A stretch of DNA of 64,000 nt from Botryllus schlosseri (taxonomy: Eukaryota), in NCBI GenBank assembly GCA_051294905.1, contig CM119372.1, positions 5,024,001-5,088,000 on the forward strand, written 5' to 3'. The first letter of the stretch is position 1, and every line of letters begins with the position of its first letter. Made by a program: the position numbers and the translations under genes. Of the stretch, positions 26,474 to 40,400 are shown piece by piece. The notes under the pieces were generated by a model. That model was not told the DNA's origin. It saw nothing but the letters and a program-made list of their open reading frames with translations, and did not search any database.

Positions 26474-27709
26474 CAGAGGTGATCAAAGAAGTCGAGAAAG
26501 CTACTCAAGTAGAAGTAGAAGTAGCGACGAAAAAATCTACTCAAGCACGAGTAGAAGTACTTCTTCCATAAGCCACATAAAACTACTTGAAGTAAAAGTA
26601 GAATGGACAGACTTTAAATCTACTCAAGTAAAAGCAGCAGTCTTAATTCGTTCGCATGGACTGTCAAAAGCTGCAAATTGAGCTATGCGAAAGATGCAGA
26701 GAGCTTGATCCGCATTGATGCATCCCACGAGGTATCAATTTTCGACAGAATAAGCATTCTTTCGCATCATCGGATGCAAATTATAGTATTGGTATGAAAA
26801 TGCGATACTAACCCTTTGTTTACTAGAAGACCACGTTTTAGAGAACATCATGGCATGGCGCCCTACCCCATATTAAAAGGCCCCAAGTTTACGCGAAGAG
26901 CAATACGGAGAAGTTGTATTGGAAACGGTTTCAACACTTTGCGCGATTAGTATACGTTAATAACAAATATTGTGGATCGTGAAATTTATAATTAGTGTTT
27001 TCGGAAAATAAAGTCATTACTACAGTTGATTTTATGCTGCAACGTGTATGTTCTGCGACAAAAGAACTGAAGGTAATTAGAACTCAAAGTATGATACTCG
27101 GAATTGAAAGTGAAATACAAATACCACTTCTAAAAAGCGGAAAATATATTTCATGTCTCTTGTCAATAAATCTTCCAAGGTGATCTTCTAAAACAGGTGT
27201 AACGTTAAAAAAGTCGGATTTCCCAGATTAGCAGGACACGTCATTGGGTGCTAGATTGCGAAACGGTAGTTTCAAACGTTATGTATGGGTCACATTTACT
27301 GTGATGAAATATTTGATATGGGCGACAATGCGGTGTGAGCGGAGCCAAGCAATCCGGTAGAGGCTACCTAAATTATATTCACTGATACTTTTGTGAAAAC
27401 ATATTTGTCACTATAACTACCGTGCACGAAGCGCAACAAAATTTCTGGGCTTTACTTGACTTTTATGAATATGAAATGTTGGTACTCCGTGAAAACAGTC
27501 CCGAAATTCCTCAGGCTATCTTTCATATTGGGGGATTAAACTACTTCTACTTGACAAACTGAAAATAGCGAAAAGTGAGTAAGTAGATCACAAAATATTA
27601 CGAGGTAGAAGTAGAGAAAATCAGATCTAATTGAGTAAGTACCAGAACTAGAGGAAAATTATTTGAGTACTTCCAAAAAGTAGAAGTACTTCGTTACTGA
27701 CCACCTCTG
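26474..27709. mobile_element. hAT-like element with AGTAGA-rich subterminal repeats, inserted in a foldback element
   Basis: TIR cagaggtgatca / tgaccacctctg; flanks cgtatac / cgtatatc; the host element resumes after it. Related fragments at ~905-1085, ~3040-3485, ~56420-56510. Confidence 0.82.
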
Positions 27710-28619
27710 CGTATATCAACAATCGCATCACGAAATATGACGTCACCAGCATGAAATGTCAAGTACGAGAGCGTTAGATATGCTATTTCTAGATGGTACA
27801 CGAACTGTTTTGTTGACACAGCCTTGGTTGCTATATTTTGATAAAAGTCGACTCCAAGGCTCACAAATGAAAGTGTTAACGGCCCCTTCCGACGACGCAA
27901 AATCTGTTTTCTCGATAATTTTTCGCACATCACAACATTAAGTGTTTGCCAATTGAAGAATTTATGACCTTTGATTCATCATTGGTTTATTAGCAATTTT
28001 ATCAGTTCAATACACCACAAAATGCGATGCAATGAAAAGATAGGAAGGTCTCGAAGCAATCCGCATCAATCTTGGGCGGATGACTCGAGGGTGAGCTTTT
28101 CACCGAGCGTGATGGGCGTTTTCTAATATATCTAGGGACATGCTGACTTACGCGTTCCTGCAAACGCTTTCACGTACCCACAATCCCCAGAGGCACTTAA
28201 AATTCGGAAACTGCATCACTTTATTGAAGTGCAGGAAACACGTGTTTAAATGTTGCAGGGAGCAGTTGCGCTGTCGTTTATGTAATGACTGTGGTCAAGT
28301 TTGCAGACGTTTGGGGTGAGATATTTGACTTGTTTTAGGGGAATGGGGGGGGGGGGAGTTATCGTTATGTTGTTTTCTATCATAGTAACAAAATGTAGCA
28401 TGCAGCTGTACAGTTACTCCCGTATTGTATTAGCAGTTCTGCGTATGCGTGAGCGATACAACGCATTTTGCGTTCGTTATTTGATTCAAGATAAATGGCT
28501 AATTAATCTGTCTTAAACAGATCTGGCAAAATTTGACTTGAATTGTGACTTGACTTGACTCGACTCACCTCCAACAACAAGTAACATGAATTTACTCGAG
28601 ATGACTCGTGACTCGAAGG

Positions 28620-29049
28620 TAGGCTTACCATATTTTGGAAATCTAAAAAGAGGACACTTTTTCAGAAATTTCAGACTTGCAAAACCGGAGAAGAATTCAG
28701 AAAAACCGGCTAACTTTACCCACTTTGTGGTCGGTTGACTAAAAAAAAAGGTCATCTTTCCGCTCAGAGCTCAAAATACCGGTTTTTGTCAGGTGGATGA
28801 CTAAAAAAAAAGGTCATATTTTCGCTCAGAGCTTAAAATCAACGTTTTTCACTCCGAAATACCCGCCGGAGCGTCACTTCTGTGCTATTTTGCGGCATAT
28901 CACTCGCAGTTTGCTCTAAATCTGACCTAAATTTTCAAAAAGAGGACAAAATCTCAAAAAAGAGGACAAAAGGGCGTCCTCCGAGGACACTTTCAAAAAA
29001 GTCAAAAAAGAGGACAAATCCTCTTAAAAGAGGACGTATGGTAAGCCTA
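28620..29049. mobile_element. MITE family 'taggcttaccata', copy 1, nested in a gactcgagtc-type element
   Basis: TIR taggcttaccata / tatggtaagccta; perfect TSD ctcgaagg; aaaagaggaca repeats. Confidence 0.9.
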
Positions 29050-31477
29050 CTCGAAGGTAGTGACTTGATCCCAACAATGCTACTACATACTACTTATACG
29101 ATACGACAACGTAAGCTGTGATCATTTCGTTTGCCATCAATTTATTTGTGATGAAACCGTGGGGGATCAGTGAAATGTACAATCAGTAGTAAAATAAAAT
29201 TCGAAAAATGTTACTACCACAGTTTCCTTCTGCTGGGACTTGCCGTCACGGTTCTATACCTATACACCAACTTTTGTACTAGGCCGATTCAGTGGCAGTG
29301 CTCGTCGTCGTCATTGCCGTACTTACTACTCAGAATAGTGGAGTGCCGTAGGCACGTCCGTAGTCATCGCGAAATGCAGATGGACTAGTGGTGTGATTCA
29401 AGGTGTAACCAACGACGTAGGAGTTTCGGCCGTCGGTTTCTTCCACAGAGGGACAGGGGATTTTTATTCAGTATACTTATATAATTTTGTGTTTGAAGGG
29501 AAACAGTAGGGCAAGCCAAGCCGGTGGTGTTGTGTTTCTGTTCAATGCTATATTTGTTGCTTTACGAGATCTTTATTTAACAGTATGTGTAACGAACAAT
29601 GCCTCCTATATAGGAAACAGTACCAGGGAAATGTGAAAATGTCTTTGCTCCGTTTGTTCTATTTTATTATTATCATGACATTTTGTTTCGTTAACTGTAA
29701 TTCGTTGCATAGTTAGTGGACCTAACATCAGCCACGTCATAGATTGTAGAAAGTTATGCGATATAATAACAATGAGCCAGAAGTTGAGTACCGCAATTGC
29801 CTTACTGGAATTCACCATCATGGTTTTGAATCAGAATATTACCGATACGGCGATACCCGGTAGATATAGGCTATTTCTCATGATGCCAGATTGTCAGGTC
29901 ATGACCCGTGCCAGCATTAGATCTGCTATTTTCAACCTGTGACAAATGATAAAATATATTAGATATAGGCTAACGTACCTCATTTATATACAGCCAATGA
30001 ATTGACACCACTGCTATAAGCATTGCATAGGCGCCGCCGCGCCGGACTCTTATTTTACTTGAGATATGCGGGTTCGATTGCATCAAAAATGGTTGGTATC
30101 ATAATATGGCATGATTGATGACTAGGTATAGTAAATGCTCTCCAAGCCTCTCTCAAAATCCCAGTTTTCGCAGAGTACAAAAGCAAAATTCTACCGCATT
30201 GCAAATTACAATAGATTATGGAATAATGATCCGCAAAATGAACTGTGCAATGTGCATTAGCAACAAACACGATTCTCTCACAAAACAAAATATTACAATG
30301 AGTATTCAGGCTATTGCCAATCAGTGTAACTTCAGTATGAGTTGGGTGTATTCCGGCACTTGAAGAAATCATGGTTGCGTTCTTATATTTTCCCGATGCT
30401 TCTCCTAATTACTGACGCTCGATCAATGGGTCGTTTCAGTAATTCTCTGACATAAGCAGTTAGCAACTAACGGAAATACCTTGCGCATATTTTCTAAATT
30501 ACGCCCGGGCTGTTGTTATGCCGCATAGCCCCAAAACAATTCTAGGTATTCGCAGCATACCCATGTCCAACGCCTATGAATGAAAGTCGAAACCCTGTTG
30601 AGTTATTGATTAAGGATGATCGGGCAATGATTTTACATGTGCCATGATTTTTTTCATGCAAATATGTGAAATTAAGTTATTCTATTTGATAGAGAAATTG
30701 AAAATTTTAAAAAGTTTCAATTTGAAAAAGACAGCTCTCAAGATATTCTTGTGAATGTTTTATAATGAATATTCTTGCCAATTCCTGATGTGGTCAATAT
30801 GAGAAACTCCCAAAACTGGTGTTTTTGCACACTGAGTTGGTATCTTACTGTCCTCGCGGCGATTGCAGATCAATAGAGTGCAACATATTTCATGCTTCGA
30901 GAACCAGAGTTGCCGTTTGGCTGTTTTCATGTCTACAAATCTGGCTGTATTTTCCGACGGATGGCCCTGAAAAAAGTATATTACTGCCAAACTATAACTG
31001 GTCATTAAAACACAAAGGTTAAAGGCCAGGGCCAGGCAAACTTGAGCATCTGGGTGATTAATTTCCGTGGGAAGAATGTATTGCAACTCTAAAGTATATA
31101 TACTTTTCTTTGATAAATTAACGTGAAGGACTGGAGGTAGAGCGTGTATCGTATGTATATTTTCGTTAGGCCTACTTAAAACAGTCCACCCACGCCATTC
31201 GGCTTGAATCCTCAAAACTGATAGTCAACTCTAATGGTGGTACCCTGCCCTATTTACGCCCAGCATATTATACATAGATTAGGCACTGAACATCACCAAA
31301 CAAATATGTAGCCATGATATTAATAATAATTTACTACTACCACTTCCAGAAAAAGCCATGCTCAAACAAGAAATAACAATGCAATGGCCACGATTCCGAT
31401 TTGTGATAAGACTGAAAAGCTAAAATTTGGCTGTATTTAAGTTCGTTTGGCTGTTGAAATAGCGTGTTTGGTCGGAA

Positions 31478-31674
31478 CAATGTTCCCCCTAATTTTTGAC
31501 TAGTCTGCGCACACTCACCAACTTACTCCGCATACTCCGCATATTCCGCAGTTCGTAACGACTAAAAAAAGGTCATCACTTCGGATTTTTTTGTGCGCAA
31601 TTTAGATTTTCTGTGCTCAGAGACCGTGTCAGCACTGCGCATTTGCGCACGTGCGAAGCTTAAAGGAAACATTG
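31478..31674. mobile_element. Short hAT-like MITE with tgcgca repeats
   Basis: TIR caatgttcccc / ggaaacattg; flanks gtcggaa / gtcgtgaa. Confidence 0.75.
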
Positions 31675-32556
31675 GTCGTGAAGGCTTCTTTTATAAACTG
31701 GTATATTTCTGGGACCCTGACGGTGGTTATTGGGGCAAGTTTTTGCTGCGGTCAAATCTTTCGAAAGTTGCACCTATTTTTCACAAGAGTTGCAGTAAAT
31801 TTTAACAAAAGTTGCATTCATGGACAAGTTCGTTGAAATTATTAGGGTATAAGATACTCAAATCGTTCCGCATCCTAGGCACTGTAGCAAAACTCAATGT
31901 TGGTGACTTCTACAAAATCAATAGCCTGAAAAAATTGTCCTAGTGAAAATATAATATTTGACGGTCTAGCCCAGTGGTTCTCAAACTTTTTTAGCCATGT
32001 CCCCCCTTTATGATAGTGGAAAATTACCCCCCCCCCCCCCCCCTTACCGTCATATCACAAAATGCAACCAGAATGCCAGCAATTCTAACGGATGGTTTGA
32101 TGGTATAGAAAGTTATGACTGTTGATGAGAGAATACTGAAATATGAGATTTAGACTACACACAGAGCAATAACTATGAAATGATGGTAAATCGGATCGGA
32201 TTAATTTTCAGTTAACCACAGCATCGCGCCTTCAACCTGTTGTCATTGTTATTCCAACAGTGGCAATATGAGCTATGAGCTATCATTTTCAGAATTAACA
32301 CAGTGTTATGATTTATGAGATCTCTTTGTGTAATTTTGCAAACACTTATCATAGCTAGTTTGTGGATTTGGATGCAAGCAGTATTGTCAACTAATGTCTA
32401 GTTCACATTTACATTGAAGCTATTTTTCTTTTCATTCCGTAGATTAATGCCTAGTGGATTGTCCACTGATGTAAACTAGTCTGCTGATTTAAGGATGCAA
32501 CCTATGCCAAAAGTGTATCAATTCATAGGTTTGTGAGTCGTTAATGCTGTATAAAG

Positions 32557-33359
32557 CAGGGGTGTCAAACATACGGCCCGCGGGCCGCATCCGGCCCACG
32601 AAGCAATTCTGAGTAGATTAAAATTGTCTTATATCTTCCAGCACATTTCTAACAAATGTTGAGATATTTTGCAGGCAATTCTTCCACGTTCATAAGCCCC
32701 ATTATACGTCGCTTTGGCTTCACTGTAGTTACCAATCTTACCACTAATAACAAGTCGGTGAAATCGACATCATTTTCGAGAAAGAAAAATTGCACACCAA
32801 GTTCAGAGTTTTATACAAATATGGGCCAGAAAGTAGTTATTCACAGAAGCGAAAACGCTGATGCGAAGCCGTCATATGCAGTTTAAATGTAAAATATATT
32901 AGTGCTACAAATATATCATTGAAATATCTATTGTCGAACTGCGGTGTCCCTTTCGACCCAATAGATCCCCAGACATGAGAGAAACTGGACCAATTTCCAA
33001 TGTCCGCATTTCCAATCAAAATCTGGTATTGGTCACAACGAAAATGCAGGGCTAGCGCCAGATTACGTCTAAATCAAAGGTAGCATAGAATATGCCAACT
33101 TATATCGTCGTTAACGCCACTGATTTATCGTTGGTTATCTGTCTTCAATCATACAATCATCGTATTTTTGCCAATTGTATTGTTCGCGTATAAAGGCGTT
33201 GCATCTCGCTACTTGTAAAACCCTATGATCCGTGCATTGTCTATATAAGTGAACAGCAAGAGCACGGGGGAACATTTTGGAATCAGTTCACTAGTCCGGC
33301 CCGCGAGCGATTTGAAGGCTTGAATCCGGCCCACGACGCAATTTGAGTTTGACACCCCG
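32557..33359. mobile_element. hAT (Buster/Charlie-like) non-autonomous element; related fragment starting at ~15722
   Basis: TIR caggggtgtcaaac / gtttgacaccccg; perfect TSD gtataaag; cggccc subterminal motifs. Confidence 0.9.
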
Positions 33360-34445
33360 GTATAAAGACAGACAACTACAAAGTATATGTTATGAATAGA
33401 TCCTAACCTGATTGATGTAGCTGTATTGGTTGCTGAAGTAATTTACATTAGTATTTGAGCATTGCAGTTGGCAGGAGGAAGCTGAAAGTACAAGGGTTTA
33501 TTGCATGCACATATTGCAAAATGCACTGTGTCTAGTTATGAATGAGATGGTCATAATCCTTGTATGAATCCCATAATCAGATGTGCTGATTTACCATCGC
33601 AAATTCCTGGTTAAACAATGACTGACCCATCCATCTCTTTTAAGTTATTGTTTGTTTGAGCTCTCCTATATTTTCGCTCAGTCATTTACATCCTTTGACA
33701 TAGGTTACTCTTTTAATAGGCTTGACATGTTTATAATAAATTATATTGTATTTGTGTTACTAGTGGCGATGCCTTGATTAGTTTTTGAATATTCTGATTT
33801 GAAGAATGGCGGCATTAGTTTCAGTGCAAAACATGATATGGATTGGCAGTCTGAAATAATATTGTCTAGATATTAAGAGTGCCTTACTGGGTGGAAGATC
33901 ATGAAGGAGTTGCAAGCAAACTTGTAGTCAGCCCTTGATAGCTTGATTGTTTGTTGGTTGTGGAAGAAGAAGAACATCTTACATTATATTGGCAACTTAA
34001 ATACGTGACTTCAGGGTGATGTTCAAGTCTTTCAGATGATATCTGTCGGCATATTGCGTACATGTATCATGAATCCAAGTCATGATATATATTTCCCTGT
34101 TTAGCCAATATGTCAACATTAGGTGAGATCTACTACTGCTTGTGAGTCACATCACAATATTTTGCAGGCTGTGATGGTTCAAATAAACTGAAGTGGATTT
34201 ATATACCTATAATAGAAAGTGAGACTGTATGCTATGACTGCACACAAGTTTTGTTTGTTGAATCAACATCGTTGGCCTTCTTTTTATATGTTATTTTATG
34301 TTCTCATAGGCGTGACCAGTTTTTCAACTGCCCGCCTACATGCATTTTGACATAACTTTTGACATTGGATTTTGTTAGACAATCATTAACCAGAGACGAT
34401 AAGTTTTATTACTGTGTCCGCGCTGCATGTTGAGTTGTTCAAGAA

Positions 34446-37400
34446 ATGTCCAAAGGAATGTTTAAGCAATTTCACAAAGCGAGTCAGGTATGATCTAATG
34501 CTTCACCTTTAATCATTAGGAGGATCGAATGTATTGACCTTTGCTTTGTCTGCAGTATGTGTCAGAAAAAATCGGCAGCGAAAATGACAAAACAACTATG
34601 GATAAAGAATTTGTTGAAATGGAAAGGGTAAGTTATTATCATTTCATATATAACATGGTTACATGGCAGTGCTGTTAAATTCGATGCAACATCGTTATTA
34701 CATTGATCACAAGCCATGATCATATGCTGTGTCCGCCTCTTGAATATGATTAAGGACTGATCTGCCAATTGAACGCGATTTCAAATACAGATATTTGCGT
34801 CGAACGTAGCTGGCTGAGGAAGTACTTCACCGCCTGGTGTACCTGTCACCGGTTTCGATTATTGTTCTTTTCCAGAAAGTGGACATCACAAATAAGGCCA
34901 TACAAGAAATCATGCAGTACACCAAAGAATATTTACAGCCCAATCCCGCGTCTCGTGCCAAACTCGGCATGATGAATACGTATTCTAAACTTCAGGTGAC
35001 ATTGTCCGTTCTATTGCCTTGCCCTGAGTTGATTGGTGGAAATTTCGTAATCTGATTGAATCGGTTTCGTTCGTTGCATTGGCGTTTCCGTACTGACCTC
35101 AGCATTTTCTTACCGATTGTATTAGCTGCTCAGTTTTGTAACTTGGACTACATTGTGATATAGTCACAAGTGGATGAATCACAATTAATGCTTTTCTCCA
35201 CAATCAGGCTTGTCTTTTGTTCAGCAGCCTACATTGTATAACCCGACTAGTGTACTGCGGGTACTGTTTCACAATGACTCTTTTCTCAATGCCTTCATGA
35301 CTGGCTGTGTTTAACTTTTCTTCCTACATCAGGGGAAGCAGAGGGACATAAAATACCCGCAGCCAGAAGGCACGCTCGGTGAATGTATGCAGAAACATGG
35401 TGAAGAACTAGGGCCTGAATCCCGCTTTGGTAAGCCCCAGGATCGCGTGTGTGTTGCTGTATTGAAGTCTATTTGACTGTGTACCGAAAATAGCTACATC
35501 TTCGTTGATATCAATGTATGGAAACTAAAACTACGTGCTGGCGAGTGTTGTCCAAACCAGTTTCCGTTTTGATTGCAAACATTAGAAGCATAGATGGCTG
35601 AAGTGGTCAATTAACATTCCACCTTTTAAAGCCAATCGCCACGATAGGTATATTTTGCATCTGGTTATTAATTTCTCTGGTTGTAAAGGTGCGGTAGTGT
35701 AATCACCCACTCGAGTTCCTTGAAATGCATTCATTTGACCTTTGTGTTACATAATGTTTTGAAACAACTATTCTTGAAACTTCCGGTGTTGGTAATAGAC
35801 CTTTGTTGGTTTCTGCACACATGTCCTATCGATCATTGCTGTCTGAGGCGGAATTTGTGTGATTAGCAGGGACTTGCTATGTGTTTTGGTGTTTAATACC
35901 TAGTATCATGTCTAATGTCTATTAATTTAAATACCCCTGTCTATTATGAACGATTGCGAGTCGGAAGGTGGTACGAATAAGGGTAAGGATTTGCTGGGTC
36001 ACACCAGCGCATTGTTCATTAACTTTCATCAATGTCTTGTTTATCAAATATGTTACCAGCGTAACGAATAACTAGTTCTGTAATTTATACTAGCCTGCGG
36101 GAAGCCCCAATGATGATGAATGCGAAAAATACTACAATTCGTGTTGTAATTCACATCCATCTCCTTGTGATTACTTAACCCACTTTAACACACACCCCCT
36201 GTTGCCATCGCAATGTGAAGGGTGCTCATGTGAAAGTCACGATACAATCCATCTTCGGTGATATTGGATTTGGATGTATTGTGGTATGCTGAACATTCGA
36301 TTGTGGAACTCCATCAGAGTCCGTGGGGAAAATGAGTACTGCAGTCGTCAGCAATACGATTTGTTTTGCTTGCAGGCACTGCGTTGTGCGAAGTCGGGGA
36401 GTCGTTTTCACAAATGTCCGAAATCAAGGACTCTCTCGATATCAGCGTCAAACAGAATTTCATCGATCCTCTACAACAACTATGCGACAAAGACATCAAA
36501 GAAGTCATGGTTATCCGCTTTCACATTTTTCACCGAATTCAATCCAGACACTGTGTGGTTCTCAAACTTTTTGTCCCGTCTCCCACCGTATTTTAGTCAT
36601 CGACCCCTGAAATTTTGAGGGTACTAACAGCCACGCACAAAACTCGAAGGGAACCCCGTTTTAAAAACCGCTGGCCTGTATAGTATGCATGTTTGATACC
36701 CCTGTTCCTGTTTCAGGTGAACCGAATCACCGTAATATGAACCCAACCCAACAACAGATAATACGAAATAATTGTGACAATAAACCGTGATGTGGCAAGG
36801 CATTTAAAAGGGCTAAACATTTGATCCGTCCTCCGATGAAAAATTCATGAATGGGTTGATTAAATATAATGTAATCAACCTTTAGCATTTTGATCACCTA
36901 CCATGTTCTTGCCACTGTCCTCCCCTAAGCACCCCAATCCCGCAATGATGATTTTTGTGCACTTGTCTTTGCCGACTTGAAGAGTCACTGTTATGAATAG
37001 TTGGATCGTGTTTCATTTTCTTTGTTCGTCCTGGTTGATGACCATTTTACAGAGAGATGAACAGTATGAAAGTTTCATTATCATGGTCGGTCAATTAGCA
37101 TTGAGTTCAATATGCTATAGTCTGTGGGGGCTTGGTAATTACTTCCAAAAAGACTTTTGTTGAAATTTTAGGTTGCCAATGTACACTCCTGTGATACTTT
37201 GCTATGGAATTGTACCCTTGATATCATGTTTCATTCCCCGTAATCTTTTTCAGCATCATCGTAAGAAGTTGTCTGGAAACCGTTTGGATTATGACTACAA
37301 GAGAAAACGGGGTAATTATATCCTTTTCTGCTTTCCAATGAGTCTGGGGATGACTTTTTAAACCAGACTTTACATCGAATAAGAATACCAAATACCCTTA

Positions 37401-40400
37401 GTGCAGGTACTCAATGTACTTGGCCACAAGTGGGACTATTACCGTGTATGCCAGCTTTTGAAATAAATTTATTAAGGTGTGATATTTCAACTCGTTGACA
37501 ACGCTGCACATCCGGTGGCAATGTCGGCTTTTTCTGGTATTCAAAGTTTGAGGAAAACAAACTGTAGCTAGTTATTTCGTGTACATGTTTTATTGTGGTC
37601 AGCTCCGGTATAGCCCCCATATTTTTCCGTATCAGTTAATTATCTACTTGCTATGTGCCGTGTGCATCTCTCTCGCTCCGACTCACCACTTGGCTGTCTC
37701 GTGCAATGTATTCCTTTACGAAGGGCAAAAAATTTCAAGTAAAGAACTTCAGCTTGCCGAATCCAAGCTGTCGGATTGCTATGACATGGCCGACAAGGCC
37801 ATGTTCAACTTCTTGCATCACGAAGTGAGTCTGCGAGTGGTCGGCGGGAATGGTTTCATACGGAATGGCTATGCGTCTTGCACTGGAATTAGATGATTTG
37901 CATTGATGCAATGTTTGGATGTAGCTCTGCCGCAGATTGTGATTAACTTGATTTGGAGTGAAGCTAACTTTACTATTTAGCTCTCAACTGCTGTTTTCGC
38001 GTCAATCATAGTCGGAAGTAATCACGTTTCATGTCTCTTAACGTTGGCCTGGTGATTTCCGCGTGATTACGCAAATCGTGCGGTAGTTGCCGGGTATTGT
38101 GTAGCTCTGCGATTGATTGTGCTTGAGATTCATTCGGGCACTGGTGGCGTCGTGTGCCGTGCACACTTGTCGCTGGCAAATATGTGATCAGGTGTGCTAA
38201 TGTGTTACGGGGCACAGGCGTGATTCTGTGATAATGCCAAAATCATGTTGATCTATGAGATTTGCTTGGCACGGTCGGTAATGTTAGTAATGTAGTAACA
38301 TGAAAATATTTGTCATCACTGATACGGCATAGTTTTGAAGTGATAGTAGTATATTGAGAATGAAAATATCGTCAAGGTACACACATACATCTACAGTACT
38401 TCGAATACGGTAATCTGAATTCGTTGATGGTGCCATTCAGTTTGTTTGTTGAGGATTGATGTGGGCCTATTATGTACAATTGTGTACATGTTACCCTGCA
38501 CTGGCTACTTAACGCTCGGGCGGAAATTTCGAACTGTTTTAATTTTCACCCTTCGTAGCAATGATTGTAGCCTTGCCGAACGAATCTCTTTTAATTTTTG
38601 GCTTGAAGTAGCCTTTTCCGCTTTGTCTAACACCCCCAAGCTAACTTCAGGTAGCAAAGTGTCCCAGGAGGAGCTGAAAACGGCTGAAGAAAAATTGCAG
38701 GAGTCTCTCGATCGCGCCGACACCAGCATGTTCAATTTGCTATCAGGAGATGTGAGTTTGGCGCGTCCCGTGTATTATATGAGATGTCCCAAACTCTCTT
38801 TCAATGCGATGTCTGTCTAACCGGACGTTGATATCAGCTGGTTGAAGGCAAATGTAATGGGAGTGTTTGAGACGCACACATAAGTCAAATTGAGGGCAGT
38901 AGTTGTTGACTACACATGCCAGAACAATCTTGTTTCCCTTACAAGGAAACTTTTGGCGCATTGACAAAAGCTTGCATTAAATTTCTTCCATTGAGCTGTT
39001 GTGCCCCTGAGACCAAACAACCGTTCTGCAGTGGCTCTGTAGGATATGAAACAACGTCTTTCATCCTGAGAAGGTAATGTTTGACTTTGTTCTGAATCAC
39101 AGAGCATTGATGGATATGTAACATGATTCATAAATCTGATGAGGTAGTCGCTTCATTCCTGCAGTCCAATGCCCTTGCCCCGTCTGTTTTTACAAAGCAT
39201 AGCATTGAACAACACGGCCTGTTTGTTACGTATTGAGCACTTAGCTTTAGAACCGTAGTGAATGCACGACCACAATGAAAATTGGGTAGCAGGTGTGATT
39301 TTGTATTTTTGTGATTGAGCGTTGCGTAGATCGGGTGATTCATTGTATGATGACTAGATGTTAATACCTTCTTTAATATCACGTTACTCAGACGGTAGCT
39401 ATCTAATGTGTCTCTTACAGTTTAATGCTCAAATGTTTTGTGAATCTGGCCAGATGGTGTTTTAGAATTTGAGACTTTTATTATATATGATTTATAGGGA
39501 ATGAATTTCATATCCAATTTTACATGAACCATGTGTTTCTTGATTAAGATTGGATTTCCCACGTATGTTTGACCATGTCAGTAATGCCACAATTTCTAAC
39601 TTATTGGCAAAGATCTGTTACCATGAATTCAGAGCCTTGATTAAGACATATAAACACTATGTAAACCAAAGTAAAGCCAAGCCAGTATGCGTTGTTCAGT
39701 CTTGAATATATGATGACGAACAGTGTCATCAAAATATCAGATTCAGTGATGCTGCCACTTACAGGTGGAACAAATAAGCCAATTAGACACACTGGTCGAA
39801 GCGCAATTGGAATACCATCGTCAGTCTGCCGATATTCTGGAATCACTGCACGAGCAACTACAAAGGAAAATCGATGACATTAACATGGAACCATCTAAGG
39901 TAGCTGTTGTGCTGAGATTCCAACCATCATAGAGACTTGTTCCCTTGTGATAAATCTAAGTTATCTGTCTCTCTGCCCTAACCTGGTCTCACTTGGGGAA
40001 GATATGGTCAGGGTTTTATGACGTTGGTTACTTCATGGTATGGCAAGAATTTTGAGAGAAGATCAATTTCACATATGTATCAGCGGTGGCGCAGAAACTT
40101 TGCAGGCTATCTGAGTTTTGGGGTTCACTTATCCACTAAAATTGCGAATTCAATCTTCTCCCATGACCTGTTGGCGGGGTGCCTCTATATTGTCTGTGAG
40201 ATAACGTGCCACAATAACGATTGGTAATTACAGGAACGGACAAAGAAAACGTTGCGCACAAGGAGCTCGGCCAGCGGCAACGATTCCGGAAGTGGAAATT
40301 CATCCACCCCGCCGTCAGCCAGCCCGAGGCACTCTGGCGCGCCGCCACCGACACAACCGCCAAAGCCTCCGGCGAAAGGTATTTGTAACGTAGCTTTTGT

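Noticed and set aside
29250..32530. Separate gene or defined 5'UTR exons upstream of endophilin (ORF 30760-31215; exon-like 32443-32528)
   Set aside because: No homology or consistent coding chain; non-coding exons cannot be established without transcript data.
37640..38335. Docking/selector RNA pairing for the endophilin exon pair (tgtgccgtgt with atacggcata)
   Set aside because: Only ~10 bp with two G-U pairs, compatible with chance; needs folding and conservation analysis.
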